In this document: positions 25,344 through 33,660 of the stretch, one piece after another
How the letters are laid out: the number at the start of each line of letters is the position of its first letter
Position numbering within the stretch: the stretch's first letter is position 1
IMG/VR virus record: IMGVR_UViG_3300032225_000079
Location: 1 to 33,660 of that record
DNA length: 33,660 bases
Source: a virus
Taxonomy: Duplodnaviria > Caudoviricetes
Direction: 5' to 3' (one strand)
Program-made: the position numbers and the translations under genes
The notes under the pieces: generated by a model
Database searches by the model: none
What the model was told of the DNA's origin: nothing
Seen by the model: the letters and a program-made list of their open reading frames with translations, nothing else

Positions 25344-25894
25344 TATGGTGTGTACCCTTGTGAATAAGAACCATACCAATTTGTGCCATCTGAGACAAAA
25401 GTGAAGATGTCCATCTTGGCCGCAGTGGTGGTTATAGTTGGTGTACCAAGAATATTGAATTTCACACCAGTGAATGTTGCACTGCCACCACCAGTTGTAG
25501 CCGCTTGTTTAAGCAACAAAACAAAAGACTTTCCTGCAGTAGCAGTTGGCATTGTGAATGTGCAAGCAGTAGATGCCGTTAGAGTAGCAGTCTGAACAGT
25601 ACCATTCGTTAGAGACAAAGTGCTTGACGTTGTAACAGTACCAATCGCAACAACACCCTCTGTATAGTTGTTTACAGTAGGGTTGGTCAAAGTCTTGTTT
25701 GTCAGAGTTTGAGTGTCTGTAGTGCCTACTACTGTCCCACTCGGTGCGCCAGAAGAATCAAACTTAGTCGCAATAGCAGTAGAAATGTTGTTGAACTCAG
25801 TATCAATCTCAGTGCCCTTAACAATCTTGAGTGGATTGCCTGAGGTAAGATTATCTTTAGTCGCAAAGTCGGTGCTTTTAGTGTAATTACTCAT
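25343..25894 (-). CDS. Tail fibre base/adaptor protein, 183 aa
   Basis: Follows the nozzle; EIDTEFNNISTAI tail-attachment-like N-terminus; C-terminal SDGTNWYG domain. Confidence 0.65.
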   Translation of the reverse strand: MSNYTKSTDFATKDNLTSGNPLKIVKGTEIDTEFNNISTAIATKFDSSGAPSGTVVGTTDTQTLTNKTLTNPTVNNYTEGVVAIGTVTTSSTLSLTNGTVQTATLTASTACTFTMPTATAGKSFVLLLKQAATTGGGSATFTGVKFNILGTPTITTTAAKMDIFTFVSDGTNWYGSYSQGYTP

Positions 25895-27450
25895 GCTATT
25901 TTTCCATTCTTAGCTTGGATTTGAATTTTCTGGATTGACAACTGCGCTCCATCAATAACAAGTTCATAACCAGTTTGAACAATTTTGCCTGAACCAGTTG
26001 CAGAAACAGTTAGAGTATTGAGTGCAATGCCGTCAGAGTAGTAAGAAACAGTACTTGCATTTGCACCATATTCATTGATGCCATACTGAGCAACACCTTG
26101 CAGTGGAATAGTTGCATTTGCACTCAAATAGTTACTCTTGAAGTCAAAGCCCCACTTAATAGTGACTGTCTGATTTGTTCCACCAATAACAACAGCAGAA
26201 ATCTTCTTCAGAATAGAAGTCTGATTGACATTGCCAAGGTCTGCATTGTTTGTGTAGTACAGCATTCGGTAAGACGTTTGATAGTCTGAATAACCTGTGT
26301 ATGTACCTACATAACCAGTTTTGCCAATATATAACTCACCATTTCTGCGAGATAGTAAAGCAGTTGGAGCAATAGAGTCCCATGTGGTAACTCTAGAAGA
26401 TCCATCTTGTAACTGAACTTTGCTATCAAAACAGTAAACAACTTGACCAACTGGTAAAGTTAAAAGATAGAAACCTTCACGTTCAGAATATACAGATTTG
26501 ATGTTTGCCAAAGTCTGACTTGCAACTGCAGTCATTAGGTCATTTCGTACATTCTTAGACAGATCACGCTCTGGAGCAGACTTCTCTTGAATAGTCCTCA
26601 TCAAAGAACGAACACCACTGTTTGACAAGAAAATCACGTCTGTACTTGTTGTTTGAACAGTGTCTCTGCCTAAGCATCCAATACCGCCTATGGTGTCATA
26701 CAGGCTCATTGTCGATGGAGTAGTTGCACCTTGATAGACCAAAATTTGACGTTTACCAAAAACAAACAAGAATCCATTATGAGCAGCCAAGGCTTGAACT
26801 TCATCAGCACCATTAGGCCAAACCTGATTGACATTCAAAGAGCCAGAAGTGCCGCCTGTATAGACATAACCAGTTAGCAGATCGGAGAACGTAATGGTTG
26901 TTTTATCAGTAGTGCTATTTGCTACCCACAAACGACCAAAGGCAGAGATTGCCAAGTTAGCAGATGGCACAGTGCCAGCATAACCAGACTTTTCAGTCAC
27001 TCTGCGATAAGTCGTTGTACTTACTGCTGGGTCATAAATCAGAGGATCATGGGCGTTCTGAAAGAAATAAGTGATTCCATTCAAAGACGCACACTGCCAA
27101 TTACTTGCAGTAATAGTTGGAGCAGAATCACCCCCCCCATAGGTCAACTCAGTCACAACATTAGATGTTCCGAGCTTGAACAACTTATTGTTGCCAGCAA
27201 ACAATACAGTCAAAGTTCCATCTGTCTGGACTAGCTCATGGATTACACCAATATCATTAGCACCAAGGTTTCCAGAAGTAGAGTTAACCCTTGTCCAACC
27301 TTTTCTTGAGCCAATACGACCATATTGGTCAATAATGCAATTGGTAGCAACAAGCGCAAATCCAGATGCTAAATCCAATGGGCTATCTTGCGTATTTAGA
27401 CCATAAAAGCCTGGCGCAGATATACTGAAGGTTTCGATAGTTTGAGCCAT
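25891..27450 (-). CDS. Tail nozzle/stabilisation protein (P22 gp10/T7 gp12-like), 519 aa
   Basis: Beta-rich, GFYGLNT start, IGC motif; position. Confidence 0.7.
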   Translation of the reverse strand: MAQTIETFSISAPGFYGLNTQDSPLDLASGFALVATNCIIDQYGRIGSRKGWTRVNSTSGNLGANDIGVIHELVQTDGTLTVLFAGNNKLFKLGTSNVVTELTYGGGDSAPTITASNWQCASLNGITYFFQNAHDPLIYDPAVSTTTYRRVTEKSGYAGTVPSANLAISAFGRLWVANSTTDKTTITFSDLLTGYVYTGGTSGSLNVNQVWPNGADEVQALAAHNGFLFVFGKRQILVYQGATTPSTMSLYDTIGGIGCLGRDTVQTTSTDVIFLSNSGVRSLMRTIQEKSAPERDLSKNVRNDLMTAVASQTLANIKSVYSEREGFYLLTLPVGQVVYCFDSKVQLQDGSSRVTTWDSIAPTALLSRRNGELYIGKTGYVGTYTGYSDYQTSYRMLYYTNNADLGNVNQTSILKKISAVVIGGTNQTVTIKWGFDFKSNYLSANATIPLQGVAQYGINEYGANASTVSYYSDGIALNTLTVSATGSGKIVQTGYELVIDGAQLSIQKIQIQAKNGKIA

Positions 27451-28100
27451 TAAATAGCCTCAAAAGTACCAAATTCAGGGTAGCGAGTAGCCTCTGTTGC
27501 AATATAATCAGACAACATAGATTTATACAACTGGTAAGCCTCAGAAGAACTCAATCCTCCATCTTCACCACGCTCAACTAAAGCCCTTGCATAGGCGCTC
27601 TGAACGATTAGTTCAGCAGGTACACTTATTACTGTGCTGTCGCTCGACAAAACGGCTTGTGGGATGATTAAGCTGAATGGAATGCTATAAACGCCATCAG
27701 GAACCGGAAAGAGAGTAACTTTGGTATCGTAGTTAGAATCCACGCCATAAAAGGTGTAATAAAAAGGTATTGAATTTGACCGAGTGCCAAAGTTCAAATA
27801 CCGATTCATCGTGGCAAATGGAATGTTGACAAGAGAAATCTTGCTTGTCGAATTGATAGCATCTTGGACACGGAACTTCTGCCCTGCACCCGTCATTGAG
27901 TAGGAATAAGTGCCAGAAGTAGTGGTGATAGTGACTGTTGTGCTAAGAACATTCCACTCATAAGCATCTTCAACTTGACGTTTAGCATCATTGACAAACT
28001 TGCCAATCAAAGCGGAATAACTTGTTTCGGAAACAGTAGATACTTCTGCTTCTCTTAGGCGAACAAGCACATCATTGACTGCTTGCAAATAAGTTGTCAT
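27450..28100 (-). CDS. Head-tail adaptor (tail tubular A-like), 216 aa
   Basis: YLQAVNDVLVRLRE, FVNDAKR..W, FPVPD; position. Confidence 0.7.
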   Translation of the reverse strand: MTTYLQAVNDVLVRLREAEVSTVSETSYSALIGKFVNDAKRQVEDAYEWNVLSTTVTITTTSGTYSYSMTGAGQKFRVQDAINSTSKISLVNIPFATMNRYLNFGTRSNSIPFYYTFYGVDSNYDTKVTLFPVPDGVYSIPFSLIIPQAVLSSDSTVISVPAELIVQSAYARALVERGEDGGLSSSEAYQLYKSMLSDYIATEATRYPEFGTFEAI

Positions 28101-28390
28101 TTCTTATTCCTCTCTGAGATCGCCTTGGCTTTTGCTCTAGCGTCTGCCTTGGATGATGCACCCCAAGCATTGAGAGAAAGTAAAAGTCGGGTAGGCTTTC
28201 CATCTTTCATCTCAGCGCCAGGCATATTGCCCATTCGTGCTAAAAAGGATGCCCTACGAGGGTTATCTCCCGACTTTACTGGTGGTTTTAAATTCCCACC
28301 TGTTTCATTATTATACGATGCTCTACCTTTGGCATTCAAGCCCCCTTTTGGGTTTTTTCCAGCTTTTGTTTGCCAAGCAGGGGATTTCAT
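28097..28390 (-). CDS. Basic protein, DUF6321-like, 97 aa
   Basis: AWQTKAGKNPKGGLNAKGRAS...RRASFLARM...LNAWG. Confidence 0.7.
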   Translation of the reverse strand: MKSPAWQTKAGKNPKGGLNAKGRASYNNETGGNLKPPVKSGDNPRRASFLARMGNMPGAEMKDGKPTRLLLSLNAWGASSKADARAKAKAISERNKK

Positions 28391-28554
28391 TTCATTTTCT
28401 TAGATTTAGATTTACCTGCTTCGGATAAAGCAATGGCTATGGCTTGTTTGCGAGAAGTCACTTCTGGGCCTTTTTTAGAACCAGAGTGAAGCATTCCTGC
28501 TTTGTATTCGTGCATAACTTTGCCAATCTTTTTGGCTGCTGCGGCTTTTTTCAT
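28387..28554 (-). CDS. Basic protein, DUF6496-like, 55 aa
   Basis: KIGKVMHEYKAGMLHSG...SRKQAIAIALSEAG; ATGA coupling; not in the ORF track. Confidence 0.7.
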   Translation of the reverse strand: MKKAAAAKKIGKVMHEYKAGMLHSGSKKGPEVTSRKQAIAIALSEAGKSKSKKMK

Positions 28555-28775
28555 TTTGACTTCCCTGTTTTCTTCATCATGTTCTTAGATGTACGCTCAC
28601 CACGCATAGGCATTGGCTTTGGCTTGCCAATAGCAATCATTATTGCCAAATCCTTACCTTTGGACATTTGCTCTTCTTGCATCTTTTTCTTTATAGGCTC
28701 TGACTTCTCATGTTTAGCCATCACAGCTTTAGATGAGTAAGTTTCATTACCATGCTTGATTATTTTGGTAGCCAT
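28551..28775 (-). CDS. Lys/Met-rich basic protein, 74 aa
   Basis: RBS AAGGA; coupled to the next gene. Confidence 0.6.
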   Translation of the reverse strand: MATKIIKHGNETYSSKAVMAKHEKSEPIKKKMQEEQMSKGKDLAIMIAIGKPKPMPMRGERTSKNMMKKTGKSK

Positions 28776-28784
28776 AATAGTTCC

Positions 28785-28988
28785 TTATCGGATTAACTTT
28801 GTTGCAATAAAAGAAATGAAACCGCCAATGACACTGGCAATCGCCATTCCCACAAACATACCGCCTTTGGACTTATTTGCCATCTCAAGGAGGACTTTAA
28901 TATCGTCACGCATAGCGGATACCTCGGTCTGTAAAGACTCAACTTGAGCTTCAAGTTTGCCAAACTCTCGTGGATCTATCTCAGACAT
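28785..28988 (-). CDS. Coiled-coil plus single-TM protein, 67 aa
   Basis: GKLEAQVESLQ heptads followed by a TM helix. Confidence 0.65.
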   Translation of the reverse strand: MSEIDPREFGKLEAQVESLQTEVSAMRDDIKVLLEMANKSKGGMFVGMAIASVIGGFISFIATKLIR

Positions 28989-29178
28989 TTGTAACCTTTC
29001 GTGGCCTTCCAGCCTTTTTAACAGATGTTGGAGGCTTCAAAACTAGCTGTTTATCGTTATTCTCAACTTTTTCTTGGTCAATTCTGACATAACCTTGATG
29101 ACCTACCATGCTCTGAATATCATGAGCAAAAGTAAAAGTCACAGTTTGATTGCTTTGAAGACAACGATAAGTAGCCAT
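28981..29178 (-). CDS. Small protein with C-terminal GRPRK motif, 65 aa
   Basis: RBS AAGG; follows the capsid genes. Confidence 0.65.
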   Translation of the reverse strand: MATYRCLQSNQTVTFTFAHDIQSMVGHQGYVRIDQEKVENNDKQLVLKPPTSVKKAGRPRKVTNV

Positions 29179-29187
29179 ATTTGCCTT

Positions 29188-29213
29188 AAAAAGGGGGTTA
29201 TTAGCCCCCTTTT
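29188..29213 (-). terminator. Rho-independent terminator after the decoration gene
   Basis: aagggggcta-at-aaccccctt followed by a T-run on the minus strand. Confidence 0.7.
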
Positions 29214-29215
29214 GT

Positions 29216-29539
29216 TTAAACAGTACGAACTACCACGCACTTAACTGTCGTGCTTGCTAAGTCCAAAGTACCGCCTGATTCGTTTTGGAAACGAATAGAG
29301 ACAACATCTGCTGCTGAAACATAAGGAGTGATGCTAATGCCAGAGACATCTACACCCATACTAATGTTCAAGACAATGTCGCCTAGCTTTACGCCAGGTA
29401 CGGCAATTGTGTTTGTCTCACCCACGCCATCAGCTAAAGATGAAGCGTTTAGTGTTGCTGTAACAGACCAAGTGTCAGAGAAGATTCCTCTGAATTGGTC
29501 ATTACCTCTGCGTGAGGTAACTGCTGTTGCTGCTGCCAT
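29216..29539 (-). CDS. Probable capsid decoration/cement protein, 107 aa
   Basis: All-beta, VPGVKLGD; directly after the capsid gene with strong RBS AGGAGG. Confidence 0.6.
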   Translation of the reverse strand: MAAATAVTSRRGNDQFRGIFSDTWSVTATLNASSLADGVGETNTIAVPGVKLGDIVLNISMGVDVSGISITPYVSAADVVSIRFQNESGGTLDLASTTVKCVVVRTV

Positions 29540-29561
29540 GATTAAATTCCTCCTAAATTAG

Positions 29562-29594
29562 AAAAAATCCCCCCACCCGAAGATGAGGGGAAAA
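29562..29594 (-). terminator. Rho-independent terminator after the major capsid gene
   Basis: tcccctcatc-TTCG-ggtgggggga then T-run on the minus strand. Confidence 0.8.
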
Positions 29595-29603
29595 GGCAAC
29601 TGC

Positions 29604-30566
29604 TTACGCAGGTACAGCCAATGCAAATGCACTGGATGACAGGGCAGCACCAGTTGTAGCGGCAGTACGCATGGCTTTTACACCATACAGAGTATCAGAT
29701 GTAAACAGAGTAGCAAGATACTCTTGTTTGTACTGAGTCTGTGAACGAACAGCAACTTGCTCAACCAGAACCATAGAGTCCTTGTGCCCCATCAAGCAGA
29801 TGCGGTCTGTCTGGGTATTTCCATAACCAGTATCAGCATTGCTAGATGTAAACACGGGGATACCATACAGTTGACCGATTTCACCATTACGGATTGCATC
29901 GCCATTACCCACAAAAGCCTGTTCTGTGTAACGGGAAAGACCCATCAACGTATTGCGGCTTGAAGGAGGAATGATGAAGAAACGACCATCCATAGGAGTG
30001 TCATTGTCATCCAAACGCTGAATGGTTCTGCGGATAGCAGCATCAGTCAGGGCAGCAGCATTGGAGCTGGTAGAGTTGTAAGCAGTAGTACCATCAGAGC
30101 CGATATAAGCCTTGGTAGTTGTGTTGCTAGTAGCGTAGTCATTTGTACCAACAGTAGCGCCATTGAAGGCACGACCCAATTGGATCAAATCAGTGTCTAC
30201 TTGCTTGGCAAGTGCATAACCTGCGTCTGCTGTGTAGAACTGGCGCAAGCTGTTCAAGGCTTGGGCTTCCACGATGTCCTCGATAAAGCGGCTATATTCA
30301 TAGTGCTTGTCGATAGTTACAACAACTTCAGTCTCAGTAGCGGCAATCAGAGTAACGGCTGTAGAAGCCGCTTTAGCCGATGCAGAACCACGAGTAGGGG
30401 CGGGAATGTGAACAGTGTCACCTTTCTTACCCTTGAAGTTCATCTTCATTACGATGTTAGCCAATACAAGGTTTTTCTTGTAAGCGGCTACGATTTCGTC
30501 AGACCAGATTTCTGGAATGAATGTGTTTGCGGTTGTTACTGTTACCGCTGGTGTTGGATATGCCAT
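29604..30566 (-). CDS. Major capsid protein, 320 aa
   Basis: FIPEIWS, GDTVHIP, GYALAKQVD, GEIGQLYGIPV, LYG; strong RBS; follows scaffold. Confidence 0.9.
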   Translation of the reverse strand: MAYPTPAVTVTTANTFIPEIWSDEIVAAYKKNLVLANIVMKMNFKGKKGDTVHIPAPTRGSASAKAASTAVTLIAATETEVVVTIDKHYEYSRFIEDIVEAQALNSLRQFYTADAGYALAKQVDTDLIQLGRAFNGATVGTNDYATSNTTTKAYIGSDGTTAYNSTSSNAAALTDAAIRRTIQRLDDNDTPMDGRFFIIPPSSRNTLMGLSRYTEQAFVGNGDAIRNGEIGQLYGIPVFTSSNADTGYGNTQTDRICLMGHKDSMVLVEQVAVRSQTQYKQEYLATLFTSDTLYGVKAMRTAATTGAALSSSAFALAVPA

Positions 30567-30589
30567 GATTAAATCTCCTAAAACAAATT

Positions 30590-31333
30590 TTAACGAACCC
30601 TACCCTCTGCGTATGCTGCCATGATTTCATCACTTAAAGCATCGTATCGGTTAGGATCTTGCATTTTCAGCCGAATAAGGTCTGCCCTACGATAAACCTT
30701 CCTGTTTGTCTCACCAGAACCACCTACATCAACTCCTACTGCTTTAAGATTCTGCTTTCTTGTAGCTTCTCCTGAAGCCTCAATCTGCTGTTTCTTAACG
30801 CCACGAAGTTGCTTATAAGTGCTTAACAATTCATTGGCAGAATCATAGTCAAAATCAGCATCGGCTCGCTTGAACAATTCTATACGAACTGGGCTAGATT
30901 TAACCCAATTTGCAAAGTCCTGATCTTTGGCAATATCGCCAAAATCTGGGTGCTCATTTGCTAACTTCTGTTGAATTTGTGACCTTTTCATCTCTAATGT
31001 AGCTTGTCTCGCTGCCAAGATGTCTGGGTGACTATCAACTGTCCTTTGAACTGCCTTCTTTGGATCCTCAAAAAAGTCAATCTCAGGCTCGTCCTGCTTT
31101 ATTTGTTGCTGTTTTGACCCAAGGTTCTGTCTAATGAGTTCATCGGCTAGTTTTCTTACTTCACCAACCTCTTGAGCTTGCTTTCCAATGAGCTTTTCAG
31201 CTTCTTGGTGCATTCTCACAATGTCATCCAAACTTTTATCCCTGTATTTTTCAGGGAGATCTGGTTTCGAAAATGATTTCTGCTCTTCGATTTCTAACTC
31301 ACCAGGCAATTCTTTGTCTTCATCAATCAACAT
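30590..31333 (-). CDS. Capsid scaffolding protein, 247 aa
   Basis: LPEKY, coiled coil, C-terminal DPNRY...EIMAAYAEGRVR; RBS AAGGA before ATG 31333. Confidence 0.8.
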   Translation of the reverse strand: MLIDEDKELPGELEIEEQKSFSKPDLPEKYRDKSLDDIVRMHQEAEKLIGKQAQEVGEVRKLADELIRQNLGSKQQQIKQDEPEIDFFEDPKKAVQRTVDSHPDILAARQATLEMKRSQIQQKLANEHPDFGDIAKDQDFANWVKSSPVRIELFKRADADFDYDSANELLSTYKQLRGVKKQQIEASGEATRKQNLKAVGVDVGGSGETNRKVYRRADLIRLKMQDPNRYDALSDEIMAAYAEGRVR

Positions 31334-31389
31334 ATATTTCCTTTTCCTGCCGTCAATCGGTTGTAGGAGATTCAACTCGGCATTATTGC

Positions 31390-31617
31390 TTATGAGTTGA
31401 TTTTGCGTTCGCTTTTTAGCTTGTCAGTATGGCTTTTCTCAAATTTAGCGTGAGCCGTTGGGAAATGACCAGACCAACCTTCTAGCCGAAAAGCTGGCGC
31501 AGAGAGAGTGCGGTTAGCTGTAGCGCCACACTCACACGTTAGACCTGTTGTCTCATAAACAACAAATCTTTCAGTTCTATGCCCGTTTTCACAGGAAAAT
31601 TCATACATTCTTTTCAT
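31390..31617 (-). CDS. FmdB-like zinc-ribbon protein, 75 aa
   Basis: YEFSCENGH...CECG...LSAP.F. Confidence 0.7.
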   Translation of the reverse strand: MKRMYEFSCENGHRTERFVVYETTGLTCECGATANRTLSAPAFRLEGWSGHFPTAHAKFEKSHTDKLKSERKINS

Positions 31618-31840
31618 TTAAGTCCTCGTATGCCCCTTCGCTGACTTCTTTTAAGTTTTTCAGCCAAGTGAGAATAGAAAGTTCACCTTTGCGAAATTGT
31701 AGACTTCTTTCGTCTTCAATTGTAGATATATTATTCAGAGGTTCAATCATAATGTCAATATCTTCTAAAAGTTGACTCCAACCTTTAGTCGCCATCATTG
31801 AGAATCTCTCCTCATAATAGGTCTGTAATTCTTTGTTCAT
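31601..31840 (-). CDS. Conserved head-region protein, 79 aa
   Basis: TKGW...LQFRKGEL pattern of small genes between portal and scaffold. Confidence 0.65.
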   Translation of the reverse strand: MNKELQTYYEERFSMMATKGWSQLLEDIDIMIEPLNNISTIEDERSLQFRKGELSILTWLKNLKEVSEGAYEDLNEKNV

Positions 31841-32115
31841 GCGCCATTTCCTGAGTCAATGGTGATTGTCTGAACTACTGGATCAGGGCGAGTCTGCACT
31901 TCTACTGTATAAACCATACCATTCTCTAAGTAAGCACCGCATCCAACAAGCATTTGTGTTGCTCGGTCGTGTTCTTTAAACATACTGACTTTTAAACAAC
32001 CATTCTCAGTAAAAAAGTTGTCGTCAGGGCCAGTCAGAGGAAACGATGTATTGGGAAACAACTCTTTGTAATCGCCCACTGTAATGTTGCCGTTTTCAAG
32101 TTTAGCAATGTCCAT
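31837..32115 (-). CDS. Hypothetical protein, possible fibre chaperone, 92 aa
   Basis: RBS AAGGA; FPNTSFP motif; follows the LamG gene. Confidence 0.6.
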   Translation of the reverse strand: MDIAKLENGNITVGDYKELFPNTSFPLTGPDDNFFTENGCLKVSMFKEHDRATQMLVGCGAYLENGMVYTVEVQTRPDPVVQTITIDSGNGA

Positions 32116-32123
32116 GTTAATCC

Positions 32124-33660
32124 TTAGTTATTTGGGAACGCAGTTGTACTTGGCGTGAACGTAGATGTATAACGAGCCACACCCTTGGTAATTCTGACTT
32201 CATCCAAGTTCCCGTTAAGACTTCTAGTCCCATCAGGCATACCGCCTACAGTTACAGGTACTGATGCGCTGTAATATAAAGACGCAGAACTTGTTGATGT
32301 TCCTGCCGACACACCATTGACCCACATCGTGATAGTAGAACCAGAGCGAGTAACCGCAATGTGCGCCCATGTGCTTGTTGAAATAGCAATGCCACCGCCT
32401 GTACCATTGGCTACATCCCAACTAGAAGCCGCAGAACTTGCGTAAAAACGAGGATAGCCAGAAGTATCTACAAGAACTTGCCATGAGCCATAAGAACTAA
32501 TGTTGACTACTTTTGCCATTAGCCTGTAATCAGTTGAAAAGTTGTTTAAATAAGCCCAACATTCCAATGTGAAATTTCCTGAGCCAAAATCTGCTTGTGG
32601 AGTGCTTACTGCTTGAAGCCAATCACCAGACCCATCAAACGCTAATGAGCCAGTACCATACTTCTTAACGCTTGTTGAAATCTGTGCGTTGCCCACAGTT
32701 TCCAAGTCGTTCATCTCAGCGTTGTCTAAGATGGCAGCGTTGGTTGTGGAAAGCAGTAAGTTTGTTCCAGATATAGCAGTTAAAGGGGCTGTGTTTGGAG
32801 TAAATCCAGTTGTGTAAAGGGCAGAGGCAACAACTCTAAAATCACTAATGTACCCTTGCATAGCCGTAGGAGGTGATTGATTGCTAGAGCCAATCTGCAT
32901 TGGTTTTGTTGCTGAAGTATTTAAATAAGTAGATGCCGCACCTGTATTAGCGTCTTGAACACCATTAAAATAAACATACACAGTGCTAGAATTACGAACT
33001 ATAGCAATATGAGTCCATGTATTTAGTTTAATAGTAGTTGTAGTATTAAATTCATTGACACCAACTTTTCCAGTTCCAATTACCCCACTTGGTTGAACAT
33101 AACTTGAACTAAAACCATCACTATTTGTAACGCTGTTTGTCCAAATGGCGGCTCCACTACTTGGATATGCCGCTAAATATATCCAGCACTCAATTGTGAA
33201 GTTGCTTGCTAGTAGTGTGGATGAAAAACTTGCATCACTAGGTGTTTTTACAAAATCAGTTGTGCCATCCAAATACATTGATCCACCAATCACGCTTGTG
33301 GAGTAGGCGGTTGTAGGGTTAAATGGGCTGAAGCGTTGGACGCTTACATCGTTGTATTTTGTAAGTGTAAAAGCGTTACTAGAGTTGTCAATGAACCGAT
33401 TGCTTTGGCAAGTTAACAATGATGTGTTGGTAATCGCAGTTAAAGGCGTAGTGCTTGGCGTGAACGAACTTGTATAAACTGCCGTTCCCTTGACCACGCG
33501 CAAATTTGAAACATAACCATTTAAAGGGTCACCCGAGCCACTGCCTGTTGTTCCAATTTGCACATCAATCGTATTGCTACCAATAGCGGTTGAATATGTT
33601 TGCGTTCCGTTTAATGTTCCGTTGGTAAACCAAGACATTGTTGAACCACTGCGAGTTACC
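32124..33660 (-). CDS. 3' part of the LamG/ConA-like fibre protein (starts at 782)
   Basis: FTIECWIY/WTHIAIVR and FTLECWAY/WAHIAVTR LamG repeats; ends DEVRITKGVARY...FPNN. Confidence 0.85.
   Translation of the reverse strand, partial: VTRSGSTMSWFTNGTLNGTQTYSTAIGSNTIDVQIGTTGSGSGDPLNGYVSNLRVVKGTAVYTSSFTPSTTPLTAITNTSLLTCQSNRFIDNSSNAFTLTKYNDVSVQRFSPFNPTTAYSTSVIGGSMYLDGTTDFVKTPSDASFSSTLLASNFTIECWIYLAAYPSSGAAIWTNSVTNSDGFSSSYVQPSGVIGTGKVGVNEFNTTTTIKLNTWTHIAIVRNSSTVYVYFNGVQDANTGAASTYLNTSATKPMQIGSSNQSPPTAMQGYISDFRVVASALYTTGFTPNTAPLTAISGTNLLLSTTNAAILDNAEMNDLETVGNAQISTSVKKYGTGSLAFDGSGDWLQAVSTPQADFGSGNFTLECWAYLNNFSTDYRLMAKVVNISSYGSWQVLVDTSGYPRFYASSAASSWDVANGTGGGIAISTSTWAHIAVTRSGSTITMWVNGVSAGTSTSSASLYYSASVPVTVGGMPDGTRSLNGNLDEVRITKGVARYTSTFTPSTTAFPNN
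33538..33660. repeat. Terminal direct repeat, right copy
   Basis: Identical to 1-123. Confidence 0.95.

Noticed and set aside
29540-29610. Capsid frameshift or read-through into the decoration gene
   Set aside because: No slippery site at the capsid end; a terminator and an independent RBS lie between the genes
32124-33660. Diversity-generating retroelement target
   Set aside because: No reverse transcriptase and no TR/VR nucleotide pair seen; the LamG repeats are old duplications

Overview
The window is an essentially complete circular genome of a small tailed dsDNA phage with podovirus-like architecture. Bases 1-123 repeat exactly at 33538-33660, so the unit length is about 33,537 bp and one fibre gene crosses the junction. 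A long minus-strand late operon runs terS, terL, portal, an inserted fibre/lectin cassette, FmdB-like, scaffold, major capsid, decoration and small basic proteins, tail adaptor/nozzle, fibre adaptor plus Gly-rich protein, three ejection proteins, a chain of membrane proteins, GH24 endolysin, an HExxH protein and a metallophosphoesterase. The early/middle region (about 7985-16170) encodes a two-domain beta-clamp homologue, acidic proteins, a Ref/DUF968-like nuclease, a PAPS-reductase-like enzyme, VRR-NUC, a DUF1376 replication protein, ERF, SSB and MazG. I see no integrase, CI repressor, polymerase, helicase, tRNA or CRISPR. The most striking non-coding signals are (i) a LexA-type SOS box and a Fur-type box clustered just upstream of terS, and (ii) a 15-bp palindrome WAGGG-N5-CCCTA lying 22-23 bp upstream of a -10 element at three promoters, next to a candidate RHH regulator. 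The box types suggest a beta/gammaproteobacterial host (inference). All family calls come from motif recognition, not database searches.
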